The notes below the pieces were generated by a model, which saw only the letters and a program-made list of their open reading frames with translations, made no database searches and was not told the origin of the DNA. Made by a program: the position numbers and the translations under genes. A stretch of 64,000 bases of DNA. Source: Thermoanaerobaculia bacterium (GTDB taxonomy: Bacteria > Acidobacteriota > Thermoanaerobaculia > Multivoradales > JAGPDF01). Positions 8,770 to 17,579 of the stretch are shown in pieces. Position 1 is the first letter of the stretch. Every line of letters begins with the position of its first letter. The DNA lies in the NCBI GenBank assembly GCA_039932315.1, contig JBDTQG010000005.1, forward strand, positions 21,186 through 85,185, read 5' to 3'.

Positions 8770-9892
8770 GCACGCCGCGCATGCGATCGAAGGTCGAAAG
8801 CGCCTGCAGCATCGCCTGATCGGTGTTGATGTAGCGATAGCTCGCGAGCCGGCCGGTGAAGTAGACCTGCCGCTCCCGCTCCTCGCGCTCGGCGAGCTCT
8901 CGATAGAGCGCGAAGCGCGCCGCGCTTTCAGGCGCCGGGACGGGATAGAACGGCTCGCCGTCCGCCGCGGGGTACTCGTAGGTGACCACCGTGGTGGGCG
9001 CGCGCTGCGCCGTCACATGCTTGATCTCGACCGTGCGCGTGAAGGGCTCGTCCCCGGGATAGTTGATCTGCACGCAGGGCTGCGCATACTCGACATCGAG
9101 AGCCCGGTGCTCGAACCGCAGTGAGCGCCAGGGGAGCGGTCCGAGGCGGTTTTCGAAGTATTCGTCGAGAGGTCCGCAGTAAGCCGTTGCGAGCCGTGGG
9201 ACGACGGCCTGCCGGAGCTCGCGATAGTCGACCCCGAGTCGGATCTCGATTCGCGGATGGTCGAGCATCGCGCGGAACATCGCGGTATAGCCCGCTGCAG
9301 GCATCTGCTGGATCGGCGCATCGGCGTAGCGGTCGTCGCGATCGAACCGGACCGGGATCCTGCCGCACACGGAGGCATCGAGCTCGCGAGGCGGCCGGCC
9401 CCACTGCTTCTCCGTGTAGCCGAGATAGAAGGCTTCGTAAAGCTCTCTCCCGATTCTCGAGAGGACGAACTCTTCGGAATTTGCCGGATGCGGAATTTTC
9501 TCCGCGAGGCGCTGCAACAGGGCGCGCGCGCTCGTCTCCGTGAGCTCGCGGTGGAAGAATTTCTCGAGCGTCGTCAGGTTGATCGGAAACGGGTAGAGCT
9601 CGCCTCGGACAAGGCATTTCACGCGGTAGTTTCCCGGAATCCAGCCGGTGAAGCGGGAGAGGTAGGCGACGAGCGGCGCGTCGTCCGTCCGGAAGTAGTG
9701 CGGACCGTATTCGTGTCTCAGGAGGCCATTGCCATCGACCCGATCGAAGCAGTTTCCGGCGATGTGCTGCCGACGATCGATGACCAGAACGGAAAGACCG
9801 AGCTCCTCCGCCGCGCGTTCGGCGATGACGCAGCCGCTGGGTCCCGCGCCAACGACGAGTAGATCGTGAGTTGGTCGGATCGGGGAGCTCAT
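8732..9892 (-). CDS. glf: UDP-galactopyranose mutase
   Basis: FAD Rossmann motif DLLVVGAGPSGCV. YLGYTEKQWGRPPRELDASVCGRIPVRF and the C-terminal FTGRLASYRYINTDQA closely match remembered Glf sequences. Confidence 0.9.
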   Translation of the reverse strand: MSSPIRPTHDLLVVGAGPSGCVIAERAAEELGLSVLVIDRRQHIAGNCFDRVDGNGLLRHEYGPHYFRTDDAPLVAYLSRFTGWIPGNYRVKCLVRGELYPFPINLTTLEKFFHRELTETSARALLQRLAEKIPHPANSEEFVLSRIGRELYEAFYLGYTEKQWGRPPRELDASVCGRIPVRFDRDDRYADAPIQQMPAAGYTAMFRAMLDHPRIEIRLGVDYRELRQAVVPRLATAYCGPLDEYFENRLGPLPWRSLRFEHRALDVEYAQPCVQINYPGDEPFTRTVEIKHVTAQRAPTTVVTYEYPAADGEPFYPVPAPESAARFALYRELAEREERERQVYFTGRLASYRYINTDQAMLQALSTFDRMRGVLTAAPVRVQASR

Positions 9893-11714
9893 GCGGACGA
9901 AGAATCATAGACTCGCCGGCATGCCTTCGCTGCAATCGCTTTGGAGGGATTGGGCTCGACCGGCTGGAGGATTCGGCACCAACAGCCTGGCGGACGGCGC
10001 GATGTCGCTCGCTCTCCTGCTCGGGGTCGGGATGGTTCAGGGAGGGTTCCATTTTTCAGGATATTCCGCGCCCGCCGGTTTTCTGCTGCTCGGGTCGCTG
10101 TTCCTTCTGTCTCGCTCCCTGCTGCCGCTTTGGATCGGCACCGCCTTTGCGGCGCTTCTGGCGCGGATCCAGCCAATCGAAGGGTGGTCGGATCAGACAT
10201 TCGTCCAATTCTCGGCACTCGCGTCACTGCTCTCCGGTCACGGAATTTACGACCCTCACAGCGCTCTCGGTGTCTCGTGGAGCATCTATCTTCCGATGGC
10301 GGATCTTCTCGCGGCATTTCCGATCTGGTTTCTCGGAGCGAAGTTCTGGGTCTTCTTTCAGGTGGGTGTGGTTGCGATTCTGTCGCTGCCGTTCTTCGTT
10401 GCCCCCTCGCAGACGACCTTCCGTCTTTTCCTTGGGCTGGTCACGTTCGCTCCGTTTGCGGGCTTGACCGGCAAGGGCAGCGCGCTCGAGGTTTCCGTGG
10501 CGGTGCTGGTCGTCGGCTTCTGGCTCCTGCTGCGCGAACGGCACCTCTCTCTCGCTGCCGGATTGCTCGCTTACGGAGCGCTGCTGCGGCAGCCTTTGCT
10601 TTTCATCGTCCCTTTCGTCGGTCTGGCACTCGCCCGGCTGCGCGCCTGGCGAGCGCTCCTCGTATTTTCTGCGGTTCTGGTTTTCGGCGGTCTGGTCCAC
10701 GTTCTGCGCAATCCGATGGGCTTCTTCGCGGCGGCGTTCGGGATCTGGGCCGACTTCGCCGATCAGTGGTTTCAGATGAGGGGTAGGCAGGGGAACTTTT
10801 CGATCTCGAGCCTGCTCGCCTTCTTCGGTGATTCCGGCGCCGCAGACCGCGCCCGTCAACCCTTCTATCTGGTTGTCCTCGCTCTCGCTCTGTGCGGGCT
10901 GGCGATTGCCGCATGGCGTGGCCGTACGACGGAGAACGCGATTGCCTGCGCGATCGTTGCAACGCTGCTTGTGCACGTGCTGAACCGCGGTTTCGTTTTA
11001 TTTCACTACCTCGCGGCTGCGGCCATGCCTGCTTTCGCATTCGCCGGATGGAGCAAGCCTCTGGCGAGGCGCCCGCTTCCCGGCGAGCCCGCCGCTTCGG
11101 GACTCGAGGGAATGCTGGCTGCGGGGATAGGCAGCGCTCTGCTGATTCTTGTCGTGACGCCTCTCGTGCTTGCAGCGGTGGGCGAGGTCCGATCGTTCCG
11201 CGCTGCACCGGGCCCGCTCGTCGAGATCGTGTCGGTGCGCGAGGGCGATGAGGATCTCACGCCGTCGCTCCGGGCGCAGATGCGCTCCGCGACGGAGCTC
11301 GGAACTCTCGAATTGGTCGGGGCGGTGGAGCTCGACACTCACAAGGCGCTGGAGATCGGTCTCGCCTACCCGGCCCAGCCGGACGAGCTTGTGTTGCGCG
11401 GTGCGCGGATCGACGTCCGGGAGGTCGCAGGCGTCAATCTGGTGTATCCCAGCGAGCGCGAAGTGGTCGGCTTTCTCCGCTCCGGCCGGATCGAGGGATC
11501 CGCCGACGGCCGGGCCTGGCATTCGGTCGGGCGCTTCCGTACCGTCATCCACCCTTCGTTCTTTCCGACGCGGATTGAACTCGACACGCGGGGGGAGCCG
11601 GTCCGTTTTCTCCGCATCGTCGACGGACGGACCTGGTGGGGACAGAAGGAATGGATGTTCGGCGGGATCTCCGTGCACTCCCATCTGCCGGCTGCCCAGA
11701 TCAACCAGGAGTAG
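9891..11714 (+). CDS. polytopic membrane protein with C-terminal discoidin (F5/8 type C)-like domain; GT87/DUF2029-like candidate
   Basis: About 430 aa of TM helices, then a soluble beta-rich tail (GSADGRAWHSVGRF...VRFLRIVDGRTWWGQKEWMFGGISV) resembling a carbohydrate-binding discoidin domain. ATG 9891 overlaps the glf start codon head-to-head, so the true start may be downstream (for example the MPSLQ Met at 9921). Confidence 0.6.
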   Translation: MRTKNHRLAGMPSLQSLWRDWARPAGGFGTNSLADGAMSLALLLGVGMVQGGFHFSGYSAPAGFLLLGSLFLLSRSLLPLWIGTAFAALLARIQPIEGWSDQTFVQFSALASLLSGHGIYDPHSALGVSWSIYLPMADLLAAFPIWFLGAKFWVFFQVGVVAILSLPFFVAPSQTTFRLFLGLVTFAPFAGLTGKGSALEVSVAVLVVGFWLLLRERHLSLAAGLLAYGALLRQPLLFIVPFVGLALARLRAWRALLVFSAVLVFGGLVHVLRNPMGFFAAAFGIWADFADQWFQMRGRQGNFSISSLLAFFGDSGAADRARQPFYLVVLALALCGLAIAAWRGRTTENAIACAIVATLLVHVLNRGFVLFHYLAAAAMPAFAFAGWSKPLARRPLPGEPAASGLEGMLAAGIGSALLILVVTPLVLAAVGEVRSFRAAPGPLVEIVSVREGDEDLTPSLRAQMRSATELGTLELVGAVELDTHKALEIGLAYPAQPDELVLRGARIDVREVAGVNLVYPSEREVVGFLRSGRIEGSADGRAWHSVGRFRTVIHPSFFPTRIELDTRGEPVRFLRIVDGRTWWGQKEWMFGGISVHSHLPAAQINQE

Positions 11715-11740
11715 GCTTTCGTCCAGGATCGACATCGTGC

Positions 11741-13252
11741 TCAGCCGAGGTGTTGTTGCTCTCTCCGCCCCGACCGCGCGCTTGTTGCCGCGGGTGCGAA
11801 CGCGGTGACTGAAGCGAGCGCTGCGAACATCAGTGAGGCGGAGGTGGCAAAAGTGACGCGCATTCCGAACGCGACAGCTGCAGGAGACGCCGACGAAATG
11901 TCTGACGCCGAAGACGCCCAGGCGAAGATCGCACCCAGACCCGCGGATCCGGTGATGAGTCCCAGGTTGCGCGAAAGGCTGAGAAGCGCGGAACGGACTC
12001 CGCGCTCGTCAGGATGTGAGCCGCGCAGGATGCTGGTGTTGTTGGCCGACTGGAAGAGAGCGTAGCTCGCCGCCATGACCGCGATCGGAGCGAGATAGCC
12101 GGCCATGCCGAATCGCGCCGGGAAGATCGCGAGAAGTGAAGCGCCCGCTCCGATGCCCCCGAGCCCGATGACGGTAGGCGTTCGAGTTCCGATGCGATCG
12201 ACGAGGCGACCGGCGGGAAGCCCGGCGATGGCGACGACGATCGGCCCCACCGAGATCGCGATTCCGACCATCGCCGTCCCGAGCCCCAGTGAGCGCGAGA
12301 GGTAAAACGGTCCGACGACCATCGTGGCCATCATCACGCTGGAGACGAGGCCGCTCAAGACGAGGCTGGAGCGCAAGGCGGAATCGCGGACCGTCGCCAG
12401 CCGCAGTAGCGGAGATCTGGATCTCGCTTCTACGATGAAGAAGAGGCGCACCCCCAACGCTGCGGTCGCCAGAAGTGCGGCAGCGGGCCAGCCGAATCGG
12501 GCTCGTCCGTACGTCAGCGCGAGAGCATAGGCGGCGAGCGCCGAAGCCAGCACGAGCGTGCCGCTGACATCGAAGCCCGCCCGGCCGTCGGGAGCTTTCC
12601 GCCTGCTGTCCGGAAGGAATCGCCGCGCGAGAAAGAGGGTGACGAGCCCCAGCGGAACGTTCACGAGGAAGATGCTCCGCCAGCCGAACGCTGCGACGAG
12701 GATGCCGCCGAGCGACGGGCCGAGCGTCGTGCCGATCGCGGACATGGTGCCCAGGAGTCCCACGGCGCTGCCGGTCCTCGCCGCCGGAACCGCTTCCGCA
12801 ACCATGGTCAAGGTGAGGGACATGAGAAGCGCGGCTCCGAGGCCCTGCAGGGCGCGCGCGGCGACGAGCAGCGCCAGCGACGGCGCGAGACCGCAAAGAA
12901 GCGAAGCAGCGGTGAAGAGTCCGATTCCCACGAGGAGAAGTCGGCGCTGGCCGAAGATGTCGCCGAGCCGCGCTGCGCCGACGATCAGGGCGGTGATCGA
13001 GAGGAGATAGGCGATGACGATCCACTGGACGCTCTCGAACGAGGCACCGAAACTCTGTTGCAGCGTCGGTAGACTGGAGTTCGCAATGCTGGTGTCGAGC
13101 GATGGCATCAGTAAGGAAAGCGAGAGGCTGGCGAGAGCCCCGCGGGTCGAAGATGGCGCAGCGCTAGGGGCGATGGTCTCGACATCCGGCGTGAAAGATC
13201 TATCCATGCCGAAACGATAGGCGCGATAGATGACTAGCGGAAGACGCGTCAT
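11741..13252 (-). CDS. MFS transporter, DHA2 (EmrB/QacA-like, 14-TM)
   Basis: 503 aa. LDTSIANSSLPTLQ and GRLGDIFGQRR motifs; about 14 hydrophobic segments. Confidence 0.85.
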   Translation of the reverse strand: MTRLPLVIYRAYRFGMDRSFTPDVETIAPSAAPSSTRGALASLSLSLLMPSLDTSIANSSLPTLQQSFGASFESVQWIVIAYLLSITALIVGAARLGDIFGQRRLLLVGIGLFTAASLLCGLAPSLALLVAARALQGLGAALLMSLTLTMVAEAVPAARTGSAVGLLGTMSAIGTTLGPSLGGILVAAFGWRSIFLVNVPLGLVTLFLARRFLPDSRRKAPDGRAGFDVSGTLVLASALAAYALALTYGRARFGWPAAALLATAALGVRLFFIVEARSRSPLLRLATVRDSALRSSLVLSGLVSSVMMATMVVGPFYLSRSLGLGTAMVGIAISVGPIVVAIAGLPAGRLVDRIGTRTPTVIGLGGIGAGASLLAIFPARFGMAGYLAPIAVMAASYALFQSANNTSILRGSHPDERGVRSALLSLSRNLGLITGSAGLGAIFAWASSASDISSASPAAVAFGMRVTFATSASLMFAALASVTAFAPAATSARSGRREQQHLG

Positions 13253-13300
13253 ATGCAGCCTATGAGTGCATCAAACGCCATAGCGAGATAGGTTCTCGGG

Positions 13301-14197
13301 ATGTCGACTCCCGATCTCAATCTGCTTCGAACCCTGGCTGTCCTGCTGTCCGAGGGCAGTGTTGCGAAGGCAGGCCGGCGCCTGCGGCTCAGTCCTTCGG
13401 CGATGAGCCGGTCGCTGGCACGGCTGCGACTGGCGACCGGCGATCCCTTGCTGGTCAGGGCCGGGCGCGGCCTCGTGCCGACTCCGCGCGCGCTCGCCCT
13501 GCGGCAGCAGGTGGGTGCTCTCGTCGAGCAGAGCGACCAGGTGCTTCGACCGACGGAAAAGTTCGACCTCGGGACGCTTGTACGCACGTTCACCATGCGC
13601 TCCAGCGAGGGCTTCGTCGAGAACTTCGGAGCGGCGCTGCTCGCGCGCGTCGGCGAGCAGGCGCCCGGTGTTCGGCTGCACTTCATGCACAAGCCGGACA
13701 GGGACAGCACCCCGCTGCGCGACGGAACCGTCGATCTCGAGACCGGCGTCGTCGGAAGGTCGACGGGGCCCGAGCTGCGTGCGCAGGCGCTCTTCCGGGA
13801 TCGCTTCGTTGGCGTCGTTCGTGCGCGGCATCCCTTGAGCCGCGGCAAAGTGACACCCGCGCGCTATGGAGGCGGACGACACATATTCATTTCACGGAGA
13901 GATCTCGGTCGCGGGCCGATCGACGACGCCATTCGAGCGTCGGGACTCGAGCGGGAGATCGGCACGATGGTCGAGGGTTTTGCCGTCGCGCTCGCTCTCG
14001 CGCGGGAGACCGATCTGATCGCAACCGTTCCCGAACGGCACACCGGAAATCTGCGTTCCGGGATGCACACGTTTCCGCTTCCGGTCGTCGTGCCCGCGCT
14101 GACGGTTTCGCTGCTCTGGCACCCGCGTCTCGATGCCGATGCGGCCCATCGCTGGTTGCGTGCCTGCGTCCGGGAGGTCTGCATCTCTCAGAGCTGA
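13301..14197 (+). CDS. LysR family transcriptional regulator
   Basis: N-terminal wHTH (LNLLRTLAVLLSEGSVAKAGRRLRLSPSAMSRSLARLR) plus a LysR substrate-binding-length C-terminus. Divergent from the MFS gene with a 48-bp spacer. Confidence 0.9.
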   Translation: MSTPDLNLLRTLAVLLSEGSVAKAGRRLRLSPSAMSRSLARLRLATGDPLLVRAGRGLVPTPRALALRQQVGALVEQSDQVLRPTEKFDLGTLVRTFTMRSSEGFVENFGAALLARVGEQAPGVRLHFMHKPDRDSTPLRDGTVDLETGVVGRSTGPELRAQALFRDRFVGVVRARHPLSRGKVTPARYGGGRHIFISRRDLGRGPIDDAIRASGLEREIGTMVEGFAVALALARETDLIATVPERHTGNLRSGMHTFPLPVVVPALTVSLLWHPRLDADAAHRWLRACVREVCISQS

Positions 14198-14286
14198 AGC
14201 CCGGGAAGCGGTCGCTCGGAGACGAACGTTCGGTCCTTCTCGGATGGGTTGCTTGACATATTCCGTAACGGGAATATGATTCCTCC

Positions 14287-14649
14287 ATGCCGCGCGCCAC
14301 GACGACTTCCGACGCCTTCAACGCCGTCGCCGAACCCCGGCGGCGGGAGATCCTGGAATTCCTCGCGCCGCAGGAGAGGGCGGTCAACGACGTCGTTGCC
14401 GAGCTCCGGCTCGCCCAGCCCTCGGTGTCGAAGCACCTGCGGGTGCTGCTCGATGTCGGTCTCGTCCAGATGCGGCGGGAAGGGCGGCAGGTGCTGTACC
14501 GCACGAACGCCAAGGCGCTGCAGCCGCTTCACGAGTGGGCGAGCCGATTCGAACGCTACTGGCGAGGTCAGCTGGGGCGGGTGAAGGAGCGCGCGGAAGA
14601 GCAGGAGCGGCGCACGAACGAAACCACGAAAAAAGGGAGAAAGAGATGA
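14287..14649 (+). CDS. ArsR/SmtB family transcriptional regulator
   Basis: AEPRRREILEFL ... VVAELRLAQPSVSKHLRVLLDVGLV is the ArsR wHTH signature. Confidence 0.9.
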   Translation: MPRATTTSDAFNAVAEPRRREILEFLAPQERAVNDVVAELRLAQPSVSKHLRVLLDVGLVQMRREGRQVLYRTNAKALQPLHEWASRFERYWRGQLGRVKERAEEQERRTNETTKKGRKR

Positions 14650-15188
14650 CGACAGCCACCGGAGGAAAGACAGCGACTCCAGCGACGGGATCCGGAGGAG
14701 CCAGTGCAGCGCAAGCCCCCAGCTCGGCGAACGCCGGGAGCGGAGTTCCCAGAGAGCTCGAAAGCCTTACGGTCAACATCACCCAGGAGATCCACGTCCG
14801 CGCCTCGGTCGCAACGACTTTCGAGGCGCTGCTCCAGGAGATGGGTCCGGGAAATCGAGGTCAACATGAAGTCTCGATGCCGATGACACTCGAAGCCTGG
14901 CCCGGCGGTCGCTGGTTCCGTGACCTCGGCGACGGCAACGGTCATCTCTGGGGGCACGTCCAGGCGATCAAGCGGCCGACGCTGATCGAAATCGCCGGAC
15001 CGCTCATGATGTCGTTCGCCGTCGCGTCGAACGTGCAGTACCGCCTCAAGGAGTCCGAAGGCGGCACACTCATCACGTTGCGTCACACCGCGCTCGGACT
15101 GTTTCCACCCGATGGCTACCGCGAAGCGCTCGGTCAAGGCTGGACGCTGATCTTCGATCGCCTCCGCCGTCGCTTCGACAACGCCTGA
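14646..15188 (+). CDS. SRPBCC (AHSA1/Aha1-like) domain protein
   Basis: ATG 14646 in an ATGA overlap with the arsR-like stop. The common ArsR+AHSA1 pairing and a beta-rich sequence (WPGGRWFRDLGDGNGHLWGHV) support the call. Confidence 0.7.
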   Translation: MTTATGGKTATPATGSGGASAAQAPSSANAGSGVPRELESLTVNITQEIHVRASVATTFEALLQEMGPGNRGQHEVSMPMTLEAWPGGRWFRDLGDGNGHLWGHVQAIKRPTLIEIAGPLMMSFAVASNVQYRLKESEGGTLITLRHTALGLFPPDGYREALGQGWTLIFDRLRRRFDNA

Positions 15189-15203
15189 TTTCCTCAACCC
15201 GGA

Positions 15204-15722
15204 ATGGAGAATCGATCGATGTCCATGAGTGAAGTGCTGTTGCAGGAACTGGAGACGGAAGCGCAGGCGACCCGCCGGCTGCTCGAACGGGTCCCCGATG
15301 GCAAGCTGGATTGGCGACCGCACGCGAAGTCGCGCACGCTCGGCGCGCTGGCGACGCACGTCGCGACGGTTCCAGGCTTCGTCGCGGAGCTCGTGAGCTC
15401 TCCGTCGCCGGCGCAGGCGCCGGACTTCGGCGATCCGCCGACGCCGCCGAAGGCCGCGGACCTCGTTCTTCTGCTCGAAGACACTCTCGACCGGGCGAAA
15501 AAAGCCCTGGGAAATCTCGACGATGCGGCGATGATGTCGACCTGGCGTCTGATGGCCGGAGAGAAGGAGCTCATCGCGCTTCCCCGTGCTGCATTTCTCC
15601 GCACCGTGATGTTGAACCACTGGTACCACCATCGCGGACAGCTCTCGGTCTACCTCCGCGAGCTCGACGTTCTGATTCCCTCGATCTACGGCCCAAGCGC
15701 CGACGAAAACCCGTTCGCCTGA
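15204..15722 (+). CDS. DinB family protein
   Basis: LETEAQATRRLLERVPDGKLDWRPH...TLGALATHV ... HWYHHRGQLSVYLR is a typical DinB (PF05163-like) pattern. Confidence 0.85.
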   Translation: MENRSMSMSEVLLQELETEAQATRRLLERVPDGKLDWRPHAKSRTLGALATHVATVPGFVAELVSSPSPAQAPDFGDPPTPPKAADLVLLLEDTLDRAKKALGNLDDAAMMSTWRLMAGEKELIALPRAAFLRTVMLNHWYHHRGQLSVYLRELDVLIPSIYGPSADENPFA

Positions 15723-15738
15723 GCCATCCGGCCCGCAG

Positions 15739-15936
15739 TTAGTCGGCGCCGATCTCCATGAGGTCGGTGCCGACGATGATGCGTCCGGAGAAATGCGTCC
15801 GCGCCGCTTCGATCCAGCTGGCCTCCGAGACCAGCGGATCTTCCGCCGGGATCAGGTGGGATAGCACCAGTGTCCGAACACCGGCGGCGAGGCGATCGAC
15901 GGCTGAAGGGAAAAGCGCCTCGTGCACGAGTCGCCG
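15739..15936 (-). pseudogene. C-terminal remnant of an MBL-fold metallo-hydrolase
   Basis: Only the last ~65 codons of ORF 15739..16173 look like an MBL fold (LVHEALF...GVRTLVLSHLIPAED...GRIIVGTDLMEI). The upstream part of the ORF is Arg-rich nonsense and no intact N-terminal HxHxDH region is present. Confidence 0.4.
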
Positions 15937-16192
15937 GCGAGCGCTGCCGCAGCGCCGAGGAACGTTCTCCGATCGATCGTCATTTCCAGGGGTGCCCTTT
16001 CGTCTCACGGCGTACCTTCGTTTCCTCAACAGGGAGAAGGCGCGCGGCCCGAGAGGCGTCAGCTCCTGAAGGCAGCCTGCGACCCGGGCGAGAACGAGAC
16101 TTCGGGCCACATCGTGGATTCTAGAGCGAAGGGCTGAAGTAGGCTGCGAAGGACGCGAAACACAAGCGCGCAACCCCTCAGGGAGACCGAAA

Positions 16193-16621
16193 GTGCCATC
16201 GATTCCGGCGTTACTCGTGGTGTGCAGCGGCCTGATCGTTCTGGTCTTCGCCGTGCTTCACCTCATCTACACCTACTCCGGCAGGAAGTTCCAGCCGCGC
16301 GACGCCGACCTCTTTTCACGCATGCAGGAGGTTTCGCCCTACATCTCGCGCGAGACGACGATGTGGAATTCGGGCCTCGGCTTCCACGCCAGCCACAGCA
16401 TCGGCGTGATGCTGTTCGCACTGGTTTACATCGACCTCGCGGTCGCGAGCCCTCAGCTGCTGTTTCATTCGCCGGTGCTGCTCGGCATCGGCCTCGTCTA
16501 CCTCCTTGCACTCGTCGCCATTGCTTGGCGCCACTGGTTCAGTCTTCCGCGGCGCGGCATCATCGTTTCCGCGTTGCTCTACCTCCTGGCGGTTGCACTG
16601 GCCGTGGTGAACGGACGGTAG
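16193..16621 (+). CDS. small integral membrane protein (4 TM), unknown function
   Basis: 142 aa with a GTG start and four hydrophobic segments. Confidence 0.55.
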   Translation: MPSIPALLVVCSGLIVLVFAVLHLIYTYSGRKFQPRDADLFSRMQEVSPYISRETTMWNSGLGFHASHSIGVMLFALVYIDLAVASPQLLFHSPVLLGIGLVYLLALVAIAWRHWFSLPRRGIIVSALLYLLAVALAVVNGR

Positions 16622-16691
16622 GCGGCCCATTTTTCGGACCAGACCTCCGAAAAGAGGAGAGAATGGTCCGAGTTCAGGAGCGCGATTTACC

Positions 16692-17561
16692 ATGAGGCTG
16701 TCCCCTATGCTGGGTCTTTTGCTTCTCTGCACTCCCCTGAATGCGAGCGCCGCTCCGGCGCAATCCGCAGGGACGGCGGCGGTGTCCGCTGCGCGCCCTG
16801 AGGTGGCGGTGGGCGTGCTGTCGCGAGCGCCGGGAGGCGCGTACGCGGAAGTCCATGGGCTGAGGATGTTCTACGAGGTCCGCGGAAGCGGGCCGCAAGT
16901 GCTGCTGCTTCACGGCGGCGGAGGGATGATCAACGAGGAGTGGATGGACTTTCTCGCGACGAAATTCGAGGTCGTCGCGGTGGAACAGATGGGACACGGG
17001 CGCACGAACGACATCGCCGAGCGGCCGCTCCGCTACCACGACATGGCCGAGGACACGGTCGCCTTCCTGCACGCCGTCGGCATCTCGAAGACGAGCATCG
17101 TCGGTTTCAGCGACGGCGGAATCCTGGCGCTCGATCTAGCGATTCATCATCCGGAAGTGGTCGAGAAACTCGTCGTCACCGGCGCAAATTTCAGTCTTGC
17201 GGGATATTCATCGCAGGGGATCGCGGAGACTCTCCGGATCTCGCCGGAGACCTGGAAAGTGTCCGACGACTATCGACGTTACTCGCCCGACGGCGCGGAT
17301 CACTGGCCGGTCTTTCTCACCCGTCTCGCGAAGATGTGGAACACCGAGCCGAACCTGACGCCCGATGAGGTGAAGAGGATTCATGCGCCCACGCTCATCA
17401 TCGCCGGCGATCACGATGTCGTTACGCCCGAGCACTCGGTCGAGATGTTCCGGCTGATTGCAGGTGCCCAACTCTGCATCGTTCCGAACCAGGGCCACGG
17501 TGCGATGCCGCGCGAGACGGTCCTGGCCTTCCTTGCGGCTCCTGCAAACGGTAAACCGTAG
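16692..17561 (+). CDS. secreted alpha/beta hydrolase
   Basis: Signal peptide (LLLLCTPLNASAAPA), HGGGG oxyanion region, GFSDGG nucleophile elbow and a C-terminal GHGAM His. Confidence 0.85.
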   Translation: MRLSPMLGLLLLCTPLNASAAPAQSAGTAAVSAARPEVAVGVLSRAPGGAYAEVHGLRMFYEVRGSGPQVLLLHGGGGMINEEWMDFLATKFEVVAVEQMGHGRTNDIAERPLRYHDMAEDTVAFLHAVGISKTSIVGFSDGGILALDLAIHHPEVVEKLVVTGANFSLAGYSSQGIAETLRISPETWKVSDDYRRYSPDGADHWPVFLTRLAKMWNTEPNLTPDEVKRIHAPTLIIAGDHDVVTPEHSVEMFRLIAGAQLCIVPNQGHGAMPRETVLAFLAAPANGKP

Positions 17562-17579
17562 GCTCGGCTTCGTTCGCTC

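Noticed and set aside
13240-13300. LysR-type operator in the MFS/LysR divergent spacer (CATATGCAGCCTATG)
   Set aside because: The palindrome has only 4-bp arms, does not fit T-N11-A, and overlaps the MFS start codon. This is too weak to call.
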